Origin: Clostridiales bacterium UBA7001
GTDB lineage: Bacteria; Bacillota; Clostridia; TANB77; CAG-508
Length of the DNA stretch: 64,000 nucleotides
Direction of reading: 5' to 3'
NCBI GenBank assembly: GCA_002449785.1
Contig: DJXP01000019.1
Coordinates: 7,287-71,286 of the forward strand
Shown: one piece after another, positions 23,006 to 35,301 of the stretch
How the letters are laid out: each line of letters opens with the position of its first letter
Position numbering within the stretch: position 1 is the first letter of the stretch
The notes under the pieces: generated by a model
What the model saw: the letters and a program-made list of their open reading frames with translations, nothing else
Told to the model about the DNA's origin: nothing
Database searches by the model: none
Translations under genes and position numbers: made by a program

Positions 23006-23722
23006 ATGGATAGTAAGGTGTATGTGTTTGAAGGAAAAACATCAACTGAAGCTATTGAAAAAGGGTTAAAAGAACTAAAGGTTTCAAAAAATAAAGTAGA
23101 TATTAAAATATTAGAATCAGAAGACAAAAGAAGTTTTTTTAGTATATTAACGCCTAGAGTTGTAAAAGTTGAAATGACATTAAAAGATGATATTGATAAT
23201 AAACCAAAAAATAATGATAATAATAAAAGTTTTAATACAAAAAACAATGATGAAAAAAATATTGATTTAAAAAAATATATAAGTTTAATAGATAATTTTT
23301 TAAAGGAGTTTATTTCAAAACTTCCTACAAAGGATTTAAAATATGAAATAAATGAAAATGGCAATAATATTAGTGTTGTAATAAATGGAGAAGATACTGG
23401 ATATTTAATTGGATACAGAGGAGAAGTTCTTAATGCTATACAAAATATACTTACCAATATTGTTTCAAAGAATAGCAAAGAAAGAATAAGAGTAATTGTT
23501 AATATAGGTGGCTATAGAGAAAAAAGAGAAAAAGATTTACAAAATTTGGCAGTTAAAATATCTAATACTGTTATTAAAACAAAAAGAGATATTACATTAG
23601 AACCGATGCCAGCATATGAAAGAAAGATTATTCACACTAAATTACAAGATAATAATAAAGTAAAAACATATAGTATTGGTGAAGAACCAAATAGAAAAAT
23701 AGTTGTTTCGTATAATAAATAA
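23006..23722 (+). CDS. jag: Jag/KhpB RNA-binding protein (KH and R3H domains)
   Basis: C-terminal R3H motif ERKIIHTKL; conserved position after yidC. Confidence 0.8.
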   Translation: MDSKVYVFEGKTSTEAIEKGLKELKVSKNKVDIKILESEDKRSFFSILTPRVVKVEMTLKDDIDNKPKNNDNNKSFNTKNNDEKNIDLKKYISLIDNFLKEFISKLPTKDLKYEINENGNNISVVINGEDTGYLIGYRGEVLNAIQNILTNIVSKNSKERIRVIVNIGGYREKREKDLQNLAVKISNTVIKTKRDITLEPMPAYERKIIHTKLQDNNKVKTYSIGEEPNRKIVVSYNK

Positions 23723-23724
23723 AA

Positions 23725-23750
23725 ATGGACGTGCATAGTCCATTTTTTTT
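23725..23750 (+). terminator. rho-independent terminator after jag
   Basis: ATGGAC-gtgcata-GTCCAT followed by TTTTTTTT. Confidence 0.5.
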
Positions 23751-23829
23751 GTAATAGAATCGGTGTCTTGCAAAATTATGTAGACTGTGTTATAATAATT
23801 ACCAGTTTATTTAAAAGGAGAAACTTTAA

Positions 23830-25191
23830 ATGAGTAATACTATTGTTGCTATTTCAACTGCACCAGGAGTTGGTGGAATAGGTATAATTAGAATGAGTGG
23901 CGATTCTTGTTTTGAAATATTGAAAAAGATTTTTAAACCAATTAATAGTTCTAATCGTATTAAAGGTTATACAATTAAATATGGCAATATAGTAGAAGAA
24001 AATAAAATTGTTGACGAAGCATTAGTATCATATTTTAAAGCTCCAAAGAGTTATACTAAAGAAAATATGTGTGAGATTAATTCTCATGGTGGAATTGTTA
24101 TTATGAATAAAATATTAGATTTATGTATAAAAAATGGAGCTATAATTGCTGAACCAGGAGAATTTACAAAAAGAGCGTTTTTAAATGGAAGAATTGATTT
24201 GTCTCAAGCTGAAGCTGTAATAGATATTATTAACTCTAAAACTGAAAAAGAAGCTAAAGTATCAATTGACCAATTAGAAGGAAATCTTTCAAATAAAATT
24301 AAAGAAATTAGAAAAATTGTAATATCAATTATGGCTGATATAGAAGCTACAATTGATTATCCTGAATACGATATTGAAGAAGTTACTAATAATAGAATTC
24401 TTGATACTTTAAATGAAGTTGATAAAATATTAGACTCTTTAGAAAAAAGCTTCTATAGTGGAAAAATTTTAAGAGAAGGTATTACCGTTGCAATAGTTGG
24501 AAGACCTAATAGTGGAAAATCTTCATTACTTAATTTGATTCTTAATGAAGAAAGAGCGATTGTTACAGATATTGAAGGAACAACAAGAGATACTATTGAA
24601 GAATTTATTTCTATTGATGGAGTACCTTTAAAAATAATTGATACAGCAGGTATAAGGGAAACTAAAGACAGGGTAGAGGAGATTGGTGTTGAAAAAGCAC
24701 TTGAAATTGCTAAAAAAAGTGATATTGTTATAGCAATTTTTGATAGAAGTAGAGAATTAAGTGAAGAAGATGATAAAATACTTCAAATAATCGAAAATAA
24801 AAATTCAATTATTTTATTAAATAAAAGTGATTTAGATAGAAAAATTGATATTTCTAGATTTAATAATATTAATAAAAAAGTTATTGAAATATCAACAAAA
24901 ACACAAGAGGGAATAGACGAATTATATAAAACTATTTCAGAAATGTTTAAATTGAAAGATATTGTTAGCAATGGTGAAATAATTGTAAGTAATAATAGAC
25001 ATAAAAGCATAATAATTAATTCAAGAAATAATTTAAACAAAGCAAAAGAAACCATATATAAAAACATGCCTATTGATATTATTTCAACATATTTAAAAGA
25101 AATAATAGAAGAATTAGGAAAAATTACGGGTGAGTCTGTTACAGATGATGTTATTTCTGAAATTTTTTCAAAATTTTGCCTAGGAAAATGA
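23830..25191 (+). CDS. mnmE: tRNA modification GTPase MnmE (TrmE)
   Basis: G-domain GRPNSGKSSLLN, DTAGIRE, C-terminal CLGK. Confidence 0.9.
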   Translation: MSNTIVAISTAPGVGGIGIIRMSGDSCFEILKKIFKPINSSNRIKGYTIKYGNIVEENKIVDEALVSYFKAPKSYTKENMCEINSHGGIVIMNKILDLCIKNGAIIAEPGEFTKRAFLNGRIDLSQAEAVIDIINSKTEKEAKVSIDQLEGNLSNKIKEIRKIVISIMADIEATIDYPEYDIEEVTNNRILDTLNEVDKILDSLEKSFYSGKILREGITVAIVGRPNSGKSSLLNLILNEERAIVTDIEGTTRDTIEEFISIDGVPLKIIDTAGIRETKDRVEEIGVEKALEIAKKSDIVIAIFDRSRELSEEDDKILQIIENKNSIILLNKSDLDRKIDISRFNNINKKVIEISTKTQEGIDELYKTISEMFKLKDIVSNGEIIVSNNRHKSIIINSRNNLNKAKETIYKNMPIDIISTYLKEIIEELGKITGESVTDDVISEIFSKFCLGK

Positions 25192-25300
25192 TATAAGAGC
25201 TAAGATATTAAGACTTAAAAGTGAAACACGTGTTTTTGTTTCACAAAAAACAGTAAAAATAAAGTGTTAATTATTGTAAAATAGTAAAGAGGTTAAGAAT

Positions 25301-27178
25301 ATGAGTTACAATGCAGGTAAATATGATGTTGCAGTTATAGGAGCAGGACATGCAGGATGCGAAGCTGCTCTTGCTTGTAGTAGGCTAGGAATGAAAACAT
25401 TACTCTTTTCAATTAGTTTGGAATGTATAGCAAATATGCCATGTAATCCACATATAGGTGGAACATCAAAAGGACATTTGGTTAGAGAAATAGATAGCCT
25501 TGGTGGAGAAATGGGAAAAAATATCGATAAAACTATGATTCAGCTAAGAATGCTTAATACTTCAAAAGGACCAGCAGTACATTCATTAAGAGCACAAGCA
25601 GATAGAAAAAGATATCAAATGGAGATGAAGCATACATTAGAAAAACAAAAAAATCTATATATAAAACAAGCTGAAATTGTAGATATTGGTGTTAAAGACG
25701 GGAAAATTGTTAGTGTTGAGACAAATTTAGGAGCAATTTATAATGTAGAGTGTGTAATACTTGCAACAGGAACATATTTAAAAGGAAAAATACATATAGG
25801 TGAAGTGTCTTATGAAAGTGGACCTGATGGAGTAGCCGCTGCAAATAAATTGTCAGATTGTTTAAAAAAGTTGAACATCGAAATACAAAGATTTAAAACA
25901 GGAACGCCAGCTAGAATTAACAAAAATAGTATAGATTTTTCAAAAATGGAAATTCAGGAAGGAGAAAACGGATTAACACCATTTTCTTTTGAAGATGAAT
26001 CTCCTAAAATAGAACAAGTGCCATGTTGGTTAACATATACAAATGAAAAAACACATGAAATAATAAGAAAAAATCTGCATAGATCTCCACTATATGCTGG
26101 AAAAATAGAAGGTACCGGACCGAGATATTGTCCATCAATAGAAGATAAAGTGGTAAGGTTTGCAGATAAAGAAAGACATCAAATATTTGTTGAACCAATT
26201 GGTTTAGATACTGACGAAATGTACATTCAAGGAATGAGCTCATCACTTCCAGAAGATGTTCAAATAGAAATGTATAGAACTTTACCAGGATTAGAAAATG
26301 CGGAATTTACAAGACCAGCATATGCAATTGAATATGATTCCATAGAACCATCACAGTTAAAAAGCTCATTGGAATTAAAAAAAATTAGTGGCATGTTTTT
26401 CGCAGGACAAATAAATGGAACGTCTGGATATGAAGAAGCAGCGTGCCAAGGACTTATTGCTGGTATAAATGCCACACAAAAAATTAAGGGAAAAGAACCA
26501 TTAATATTAGATAGATCAGATGCGTATATTGGAGTTTTAATAGATGATATAGTAACTAAAAGTACAATGGAGCCATATAGAATGATGACATCAAGAGCAG
26601 AATATAGACTACTATTGCGTCAGGATAATGCTGATTTAAGATTAACAGAAATTGGACATAAAATAGGTTTAATATCAGAAGAAAGATATCAAAAGTTTTT
26701 ATTAAAAAAGGCACAGATTGAAAAAGAAATTGAAAGGCTAAAAAGTACAAATATAAAACCTTCAAAAGAGGTAAATGAATTTTTGGCTGAAAAAGGTACA
26801 ACTGAAATATCAACAGGAATAAAATTATCAGAACTATTAAAAAGAACGGAATTAACATATAAATCATTAGAAAAAATAGATAAAAATAGACCTGAACTTG
26901 ACAGGCAAGTAACAGAAGAAGTTGAAATTATGGTTAAGTATGAAGGCTATATAAATATGCAAAAGAAACAAGTTGAAAGTTTTAAGAAAATGGAAAAAAA
27001 ATTATTACCTGAAAATCTAGATTATAATACGATTAAAGGAATTAGATTAGAAGCAAGACAAAAATTAAATAAATATAAGCCATATTCAATTGGACAAGCA
27101 TCTAGAATTTCTGGTATTTCACCTGCAGATATTTCTGTATTATTAATATATTTAGAGCAAAATAAAAAAGGAAAATAA
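25301..27178 (+). CDS. mnmG: tRNA uridine 5-carboxymethylaminomethyl modification enzyme MnmG (GidA)
   Basis: FAD-binding [17 protein letters not shown]-terminus, 625 aa. Confidence 0.95.
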   Translation: MSYNAGKYDVAVIGAGHAGCEAALACSRLGMKTLLFSISLECIANMPCNPHIGGTSKGHLVREIDSLGGEMGKNIDKTMIQLRMLNTSKGPAVHSLRAQADRKRYQMEMKHTLEKQKNLYIKQAEIVDIGVKDGKIVSVETNLGAIYNVECVILATGTYLKGKIHIGEVSYESGPDGVAAANKLSDCLKKLNIEIQRFKTGTPARINKNSIDFSKMEIQEGENGLTPFSFEDESPKIEQVPCWLTYTNEKTHEIIRKNLHRSPLYAGKIEGTGPRYCPSIEDKVVRFADKERHQIFVEPIGLDTDEMYIQGMSSSLPEDVQIEMYRTLPGLENAEFTRPAYAIEYDSIEPSQLKSSLELKKISGMFFAGQINGTSGYEEAACQGLIAGINATQKIKGKEPLILDRSDAYIGVLIDDIVTKSTMEPYRMMTSRAEYRLLLRQDNADLRLTEIGHKIGLISEERYQKFLLKKAQIEKEIERLKSTNIKPSKEVNEFLAEKGTTEISTGIKLSELLKRTELTYKSLEKIDKNRPELDRQVTEEVEIMVKYEGYINMQKKQVESFKKMEKKLLPENLDYNTIKGIRLEARQKLNKYKPYSIGQASRISGISPADISVLLIYLEQNKKGK

Positions 27179-27898
27179 ATGAAAATAGAAGAATTTATAA
27201 ATGTATTTGATAAGTATAAATCAATTTTAAATATTAATATATCAGATGAGCAATATAATGAATTATATTATTATATGAATAATATAATTAAATGGAATGA
27301 GAAAGTAAATGTTACAGCAATAACAGATGAAAAAGAATTTATAGAAAAACATTTAGTTGATTCAATAACTGTTAATAAATATTTAAAAAATAGTAATAGT
27401 ATTATAGATATTGGAACTGGTGCAGGATTTCCAGGTATTCCATTGAAAATTATGAACAAAGAAAAGAAATTTACATTAGTAGATTCAGTAGGAAAAAAAT
27501 TAAAAGTTATAGAAAACATAAATGAGAATATGAATCTATATAATTTAGAAATAATTCATGCTAGAGCAGAAGAACTAGCTAATAACATTAAATATAGAGA
27601 AAAGTATGATGTTTCTGTTACTAGAGCTGTTTCTAATATTACAACACTAATGGAATATATGCTTCCATTTATAAAAGTAGATGGAATTGCTATATGTATG
27701 AAAGGTCCAAATTATGAAAGCGAGCTTAATGAAGCAAAAAAAGCAATTGAAATATTGGGAGGGAAATTAATAAAAATTGATAAAATTAAAATTAACGAAA
27801 ACATTAATAGAAATATAATAATTATAAAAAAAGTAAAGAATACACCGGCAAAGTTTCCACGAAAACAGGGAAAACCATTAAAAGAACCAATTAAATAA
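27179..27898 (+). CDS. rsmG: 16S rRNA (guanine527-N7)-methyltransferase RsmG (GidB)
   Basis: SAM-binding IDIGTGAGFPGIPL; immediately after mnmG. Confidence 0.9.
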   Translation: MKIEEFINVFDKYKSILNINISDEQYNELYYYMNNIIKWNEKVNVTAITDEKEFIEKHLVDSITVNKYLKNSNSIIDIGTGAGFPGIPLKIMNKEKKFTLVDSVGKKLKVIENINENMNLYNLEIIHARAEELANNIKYREKYDVSVTRAVSNITTLMEYMLPFIKVDGIAICMKGPNYESELNEAKKAIEILGGKLIKIDKIKINENINRNIIIIKKVKNTPAKFPRKQGKPLKEPIK

Positions 27899-28053
27899 TT
27901 ATAAATTAAATAAAATGTATAAATAAATGAAATTTTAGAAAACAACTAAGATTACAAATATTTATGCGTTTTTTTTATAAAAATAAATGTAAAATTAATT
28001 GACAGATATTAAAAAATCTTATATTATTATGTAGTAAAAAAGGAGGAATAACA

Positions 28054-28857
28054 TTGGGAAGAATAATTGCAATTGCTAATCAAAAAGGTGGAGTAGGAAA
28101 AACAACAACAGCAGTTAATGTAAGCACTATTTTAGCCAAAAAGGGAAAAAAAGTAATGCTAATTGACGCCGATCCACAAGGAAATGCTTCTAGTGGTTTA
28201 GGAATAGAAAAAGAAGTATCAACATCATTATATGATGTGTTAATAAACGATGTTGACATAAAAGATGTTTTGTTAAGAACATCAATAAAATCACTAAGAC
28301 TATGTCCATCTAGTATGAATCTTGCAGGAGCAGAAGTAGAGCTTGTTTCACAGATGTCTAGAGAGCAAAGATTAAAAGAAAAATTGGATTTAATAAAAGA
28401 TGAATTTGATTTTGTAATTATTGACTGTCCTCCATCATTAGGTTTGATTACCTTAAATGCATTTACAGCTGCTAATTCTGTATTAATACCTGTACAATGT
28501 GAATATTATGCGTTAGAAGGATTAGGACAATTATTAAATACTATTAATTTGGTAAAAAAGCACCTAAATAAGGAACTAGAAGTAGAAGGTGCTGTTTTAA
28601 CGATGTATGATATGAGAACAAATTTGTCAAACCAAGTTGTAAAAGAAGTTAAAAGGTATTTTGGAGATAAAGTATACAAAACCGTAATACCTAGAAATAT
28701 AAAATTAAGTGAAGCTCCGAGCTATGGTATGCCAATTACGCTATATGATGGAAAATCTAAAGGGGCGAGAGCTTATGAAAAACTAGCAAAAGAAATACTA
28801 AAAAATGAAGAAACAAGAAAAATTATGTTAAGCAAGGAGGAAAACAATGGCAATTAA
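28054..28857 (+). CDS. soj: chromosome partitioning ATPase Soj/ParA (TTG start)
   Basis: Deviant Walker A KGGVGKTTT; AGGAGG RBS; overlaps parB. Confidence 0.9.
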   Translation: MGRIIAIANQKGGVGKTTTAVNVSTILAKKGKKVMLIDADPQGNASSGLGIEKEVSTSLYDVLINDVDIKDVLLRTSIKSLRLCPSSMNLAGAEVELVSQMSREQRLKEKLDLIKDEFDFVIIDCPPSLGLITLNAFTAANSVLIPVQCEYYALEGLGQLLNTINLVKKHLNKELEVEGAVLTMYDMRTNLSNQVVKEVKRYFGDKVYKTVIPRNIKLSEAPSYGMPITLYDGKSKGARAYEKLAKEILKNEETRKIMLSKEENNGN

Positions 28858-29692
28858 AAAAACAGGGTTAGGAAAAGGATTAGATGCATTATTTAGTACA
28901 CCACTTGTATCTGAAGAGAATGAAGAAGGAAAAATAGTAAAACAAATTAAGCTAAATGAAATAGAGCCAAACAAGGCTCAAGCTAGAAAAAAATTTGATG
29001 AAGAAAGTATTGAAGATTTAGCTAATTCTATTAAAGAATATGGTGTAATTCAACCAATTATAGTTAGCAAAAAAGATAACTATTATGAAATAGTTGCAGG
29101 TGAAAGAAGATGGAGAGCTTCAAAAAAAGCTGGTTTAGACACTATTCCTGCGATAATAAGAGATGACAATGAACAAAAAAATAAAGAAATATCATTAATA
29201 GAGAATATACAAAGAGAAGACTTAAATCCAATAGAAAAAGCCAGAGGAATAAGACAATTAATGGATGAGTATAATTTAACACAAGAAAAAGTTGCTGAAA
29301 AGCTTGGAAAGAGCAGAAGTGCAATAGCAAATACAGTAAGAATATTAAATTTAGATGAAAGAGTAATAAATTTAGCATTAGAGGGAAAAATATCAGAAGG
29401 ACATTGTAAATCATTGATGGCAATAGATGATCCTGAAAAACAGTACAAAATGGCTTTATATATAATTGAATCAGGAGACTCAGTAAGAGAATTAGAAAAG
29501 AAAGTAAAAATAAGAAAAAAGACTAATGCAAAAAGTGACAAATATTTGCCTATATATAGAGATATAGAAAATACATTTCAAGAGTTTTTTGGAACAAAAG
29601 TTAAATTAGATGCAGGTGAGAAAAAAGGAAAAATTATAATTCAATATAGTTCAAATGATGATTTAGAAAGAATATTAAGTTTGTTAAATTAG
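28847..29692 (+). CDS. spo0J: chromosome partitioning protein Spo0J/ParB
   Basis: ParB box GERRWRA and HTH region. Confidence 0.9.
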   Translation: MAIKKTGLGKGLDALFSTPLVSEENEEGKIVKQIKLNEIEPNKAQARKKFDEESIEDLANSIKEYGVIQPIIVSKKDNYYEIVAGERRWRASKKAGLDTIPAIIRDDNEQKNKEISLIENIQREDLNPIEKARGIRQLMDEYNLTQEKVAEKLGKSRSAIANTVRILNLDERVINLALEGKISEGHCKSLMAIDDPEKQYKMALYIIESGDSVRELEKKVKIRKKTNAKSDKYLPIYRDIENTFQEFFGTKVKLDAGEKKGKIIIQYSSNDDLERILSLLN

Positions 29693-29703
29693 GATGTGAA
29701 AAA

Positions 29704-30234
29704 ATGGATTATTTAGTAGAATATATCAAAACAGATAATGGCATAACAGTACTGGTTGTGCTGAATATTGTTTTATTATTAACAACAATAATTAATATTA
29801 TAATGATATTAAAAGCAAATAGTAAGTATATAAAATTTATGAATAAAATAGGCAATGGAAATAATCTTGATGAAATGCTAAGAAAATATTTAGATGATGT
29901 AAAAGAAATTAAAAAAGACAATTCAGAAATTAAGGCATATTATACAAAGCTTGATAGTGATATAGATTCATGTATACAAAAAATAGGATTAGTAAGATAT
30001 AATGCATTTAAAGATGTTGGAAGTGATTTAAGTTTTGCAATAGCATTACTTGATAAAAATGATAATGGTGTAGTATTAAATGGATTATATGGATCAGAAT
30101 CATCAAATATTTATGCCAAACCAATTAAAAGTGGAAAATCAAAATATCAATTATCTGATGAGGAAAAGTCTGCATTAGAAATTGCTGAACAAAGTAAAAG
30201 ATTTATAACTAAACAAAAATATAATTTTAAGTAG
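29704..30234 (+). CDS. DUF4446-family protein (conserved origin-proximal gene after spo0J)
   Basis: N-terminal TM helix then coiled-coil; conserved genomic context. Confidence 0.55.
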   Translation: MDYLVEYIKTDNGITVLVVLNIVLLLTTIINIIMILKANSKYIKFMNKIGNGNNLDEMLRKYLDDVKEIKKDNSEIKAYYTKLDSDIDSCIQKIGLVRYNAFKDVGSDLSFAIALLDKNDNGVVLNGLYGSESSNIYAKPIKSGKSKYQLSDEEKSALEIAEQSKRFITKQKYNFK

Positions 30235-30238
30235 ATTA

Positions 30239-30268
30239 AGAGAGAAAAAAGCTCTCTTTTTTTTTAAT
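30239..30268. terminator. hairpin terminator after DUF4446 gene
   Basis: AGAGAG-aaaaaagc-TCTCT followed by T9. Confidence 0.4.
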
Positions 30269-31138
30269 CCACAAATAAAAATTGCAAAAAACTAAATTGT
30301 GGAAAAAAAAATCAAAATTTATAAATAAACTAATGTAAAAATAAAAAAATAAAAATGACTAAAATAAAGGGATTTAGTTAAGTAGGTTAAAAGTTTATAT
30401 TTATTATTAAATAATTAAAAATATCAAAAGAGAAGACAAATAATTTATAAGTTGTAAAATGCAGTAAAATAGCATGTTTTGAATTGTGGATAAATAAACA
30501 AAGCACTTATTTGAAAAAATAAAAATAAAAATAATAAAATAAAAAAATATAAACAAAAAATAATAATAATTATAACAACTTTTTTGAAATACAAAAAAAA
30601 GTTAAAAAAATAATGAAAAAAGTAACCCTAAAAGACAAAAAATAAAACGAAAATTAATTTGAGATTAGGAGAGTATAAGAATAATAATCTTTTTTATATA
30701 AAAATAGTTTAAATATTTATTACTTACAATAGCAAAAGAATAGAAATTAAAATAAATTTTAATATTTTAATTAAATAAAAAAATATAATAAAAAAAATTA
30801 TTAATCATTAAAATATAAAATAATAAATAAAAAAATAAAAATTATAATTTTTAAAAATAAAAAATAGTGACAGAAAATTTAATAATAAAAAAATAAAAAA
30901 ATTTATAATTAAAATAAAAAAGAATAAAATTAAAATTAAGTTGATAAAAATAATAAGTTAAAAAATATGATTAAAATTAGTAAAAAATATTAAAAAAATT
31001 TAATAAAAATAGAAGATAATAAAATAATGAATTTTTAAAATACTGTTTTTTAGTAAATTACAAGGAATATAAATTTAAAAAATTTGAAAAAAATTAATAA
31101 AAATTTTCTTAAATTTTTTAAAAAAATTAAAAATATAA

Positions 31139-31168
31139 TTGACAAACCTATAATGAATATGCTAATAT
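31139..31168 (+). promoter_or_regulatory. candidate promoter for tRNA-Ser pair
   Basis: TTGACA at 31139 with TAATAT about 18 nt downstream, about 25 nt before tRNA start. Confidence 0.35.
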
Positions 31169-31190
31169 ATATTTGTTGTAAGAAAAATAT

Positions 31191-31282
<92 letters not shown>

Positions 31283-31348
31283 AAACAATTATTTATGGAA
31301 GTAAAGCTTCCTTTTTTAATACTAAATATTAAATTAACCATTAGACAT

Positions 31349-31439
31349 GTAGGTGTACCCAAGTGGCTGAAGGGGACGGTTTGCTAAACCGTTAGTGTTC
31401 GTAAGGGCAGCGAGGGTTCAAATCCCTCCACCTACGCCA
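31349..31439 (+). tRNA. tRNA-Ser (anticodon GCU), long variable arm
   Basis: GTAGGTG/CACCTAC acceptor, anticodon loop tTGCTAa, T-loop GGTTCAAATCC, encoded CCA. Confidence 0.85.
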
Positions 31440-31454
31440 AAAATAATAAAACGA

Positions 31455-31492
31455 AAAAAGAAACTAAAAAGTTTCTTTTTTTTATTTTTTTA
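31455..31492 (+). terminator. rho-independent terminator after tRNA-Ser pair
   Basis: AAAGAAACT-aaaa-AGTTTCTTT followed by T-run. Confidence 0.5.
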
Positions 31493-34400
31493 AATAACTT
31501 TTCATATAATAATAGTAAAAATATAACAAAAAGACAATAAAAATTATTTGTTAATTTTTTTAAAAAATTGATAATTCTAAATTAGGAAAATGCTAGGCAA
31601 GAAAGTGTTGTATAAATTCTTTTATTATTTAATAATAAAAGAAAGCCGTTAACATAAATAATTATTATATTAAGTAATATTGATGATATTTATTTTTTGA
31701 ATAATATCAATAATAAAGGAAAAAAATACAGATTTTTTTATAAAATTTTTATTAAGCTATTTAATTTTAAAAAAATTTTAAATAAATTAATAATTTTTTT
31801 AAAATAAATATGTGAAAATATTCAATTAAAATGGCTAAATTAGTATATGTATTATCAAATGATCATTAAATTTAAGTATGAGTCAATAAAAGTATTAGAT
31901 TAGAAAAATAAAATGGCTTAAAATCGATTTTCAAGTGTTTAAATTTTTATATTAAATTATATGAAGTGTATTAGGTCTAAATAATTTGTTATAAATTGTA
32001 ATATATTAATTAATAAAAGTGTTTAATGTATTAAAATAAAAAATATTTACAATAAATTAAAAATTTGACAAACTGGCAACAGAAAATTTAAGCTAAATAA
32101 AAAATAAGATTTTTTATAAAAGCTTATTTTCCTAAAATTATTCAAAACATAAATTAATCATTTTAAAAAATTAAATAAATTAATAAGAATATTAAGTAAA
32201 CTTTAAATAAATATAAATTTAATAGAAATAAAGTAAAAAATTTAAAATCATAAAAAAATGAAAATAATTTTTAGAAAATAAAAATGAAAATATTACAATA
32301 ATTTGATGTAAAAGTTAATAAAATATTAAATTATATACAGAAATGATTAATTATTCACAAAAAGATTAATAAAAATAGAATAATTTTATCTGAGGTTAAA
32401 ATAAATTAATTTTGAAAACTATTCTAAAAATTGGCACAAAGGCAAACAAAAAATACATAAATAATTTATAAATGATAAAACTATATAAACTTTTTATCCG
32501 AAGAAAGTTTTACGATTTATAGATTATATATCATTAAAAAAAGAAAATATTAAGTAAACTTATTTATAAAGAAGTTTTTAATATTTAAAGTTAAATTTAC
32601 TATAAAAATCGAAAAAAATATAAAAATAATATATAAATTAACACTAATTAAATTAATAATATTTTTTATTGAATGATATGAAATAATTAACGATTATTAA
32701 AAATATAGCTAAGAATAGAGTATTTGATGTAGTTTGTTCTTTAAATGAGATTCTTAATATTTATATTTTTTAATTAAGATAAATACTCAAAATTAAATTA
32801 TCAATTTTAATAATTGACTTACTGACAATGCAAAATATATGATTTATAATATTTTTTAAACTATCTAAATTTTCTTATATCCCAAACGATATAACGAATA
32901 ATTGTGTAGATAAAATAATATTTATTCATATTAAAATCACGAGTATTAAGTTAACTAAAACTATTGTAGTTGATTTTGTTTTTATAAAAAAAATGAAAAT
33001 TATTTAACTTAAAAAAATAAAATTACAAGAGAGAAAAAAATATTTTATAAGTATAAGATAATAATAAAAAATATTGAACTTACAAAAGTATACTATTATA
33101 AATGATTATTTAATTTTTAGTAAAATTACTGTAATATAAAACAGCATAAAATTTCATAATTTATAGATGAAAAAAGTTTTGCTTTATTTTTAAATATTCA
33201 ATTTTTATTGGGTAAAAATTGGCAAAAAAACAAACTTATTTTTTATAAAAAAACAAATTTATATAATTTTGTATAAAGGCATAGGATAGTAGTAATTAAA
33301 AATTATTTGATTATATTTTTTTATAAAATAAATATAATTCTTTTTACTATATTAAGTAAACTTATTACAAAAATATTTAGTATATTCAATATTACAAAAT
33401 TTACAGCTATTTTAATTGCATAAAATGTGAAATTTAATAATTATATGTGACAAAAAACTATAACTGGAATAATTAAAGGATCTATAATATTTAATTATAA
33501 TTGTAGATTTGCAAAATAATTTTATAATACAAATTTAATCTTTTAACATATATTTTATAGAGATGCATTGTAGCTTTGATATATTAAATATGAGTAAATA
33601 GTCATTAAATATTTATCATTTAATAATATAAATATTATAAATTTTACTAAATATAATATACTAATTGTCATATTAAAACTAAATAAAAACTACAAAAATT
33701 TATATTTAATAAAGCACAAACAAATTGACAAGATGACAAAACAATAAAAATATATAAATTTATTTTTTTATAACTGACTTTATAGTTTTAAAAAATATTA
33801 GGGAGTACTGTATTTTAACTATTATTAATATAATATAAACTTTATGAGTTTTTTTACATAGAATAATTGTATTCTGTAAACCAGAAATTAATTGTTTTTA
33901 ATCTATAAAAAGCCATAAAAAAACATAAAAATTATGTGATTTTTTTGACAAATTCTTTTTTTTAAAAACATTATTTTACATTTATAATAAATTTTGAAGT
34001 AATAAAATCATTAACAAAAATTATTTTTAATTACATATTTTTTTAAAGCATAAAATATTTTTTTTTCAAATTTTAACTTAAAAAAATATTATTCTTGTTA
34101 ATGAATGTGTTTTCAATGCTTTTATGAATTTTATTATTGTTATACTGATAAAATTAATTTTAATAAAAATTAATTTGTTTTATAAAAACTGAAATTGTAA
34201 TTTTTAAAAATGTTGAAATAACAGCATTCTTTAATTATTTTTCAAAAAATTTATTACAAAATTTTTCTTAATTTTTTTAAATTTTTGTAATTTCATATTT
34301 TTTTTATTTTTGTATTTTTTTAATAATTATTATTTATGAACAAATAATTTTATATATTAGTAAAAAAATGGCTATAAATAGGGATTTTAAAGAAGTTAAA

Positions 34401-35301
34401 AATTATTTTTTTATAATTATTAATATGTATTTTTTTTTACAATTATTATTATAAAAAAATTAACTATCAATAAAGCTTTATTTATAAGACTTTTTGGAAT
34501 TTTTTTTCTTGTTATTTTTTAGATTTTCTTAATTTTCTATAAAAAATAATTTTTTTCTAAATTTTTTATTTTTTTTATCTCTTTTCTTTATTTTTCTTCT
34601 ATTATTTTTTTATTTTAATCTTTATCTTTGATATTGTTTAATTAAAATTTATTAATCTGAATTTTTTCATTCATTTGTTTTTTTGTCTTGTGTATAATTG
34701 CTGTAAAGAGCAGTTATACAGCATTTTAAGATGTGGATATCTAAAATATAGAATTAATATTTTTATAATTTTAAACTTGTTAATTTTTTTTTAGAAGTTA
34801 AAACTATTCTAAATTTAAATCTATGATGCATTGAATCAAAATCTTTATATTAATAATTAGTATTTTGAAAAATTTTTTTATTCGCTGTTTTTAAAGGGTT
34901 TAAGAATTTTTTTTATTTTTTTTCAAAAAAAAATCTTTTTTTATTTATAATTTTTAATAATTTTTTTTTTTATATTTTTCTTTATTTTTTTAATTTATGA
35001 CTTTTTATAATTATTAGTTTAATTTTCTTTTTTAAATTTATAATTTTTTTTTACTTTTTTATAATTTCATCAAATATATCTTTAAAATCTATTATAAATA
35101 TATAATATTATATGGTATAAATTTTACAAATCCACATCTGTAATTCCTTTGTAATAAGTATTTTTAAAATTTTGTGGATTATTTTAAAAATTTTTAAAAA
35201 TAATTAAATTCATTTTAAAAATTTTTTAAAAAATATATTTATTACTGACAAATGATAAAAGATGATATATAATTTAGTTATAAATTATGTGGAGGGATGT
35301 T

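Noticed and set aside
25221-25245. Possible parS site downstream of mnmE
   Set aside because: The half-site order is inverted relative to TGTTNCACGTGAAACA (it is GAAACACGTGTTT). It is reported only as a palindrome.
32425-32455. Sigma-54-like TTGGCAC...GGCAAAC
   Set aside because: Spacing and the -12 element (TTGCW) do not fit the sigma-54 consensus.
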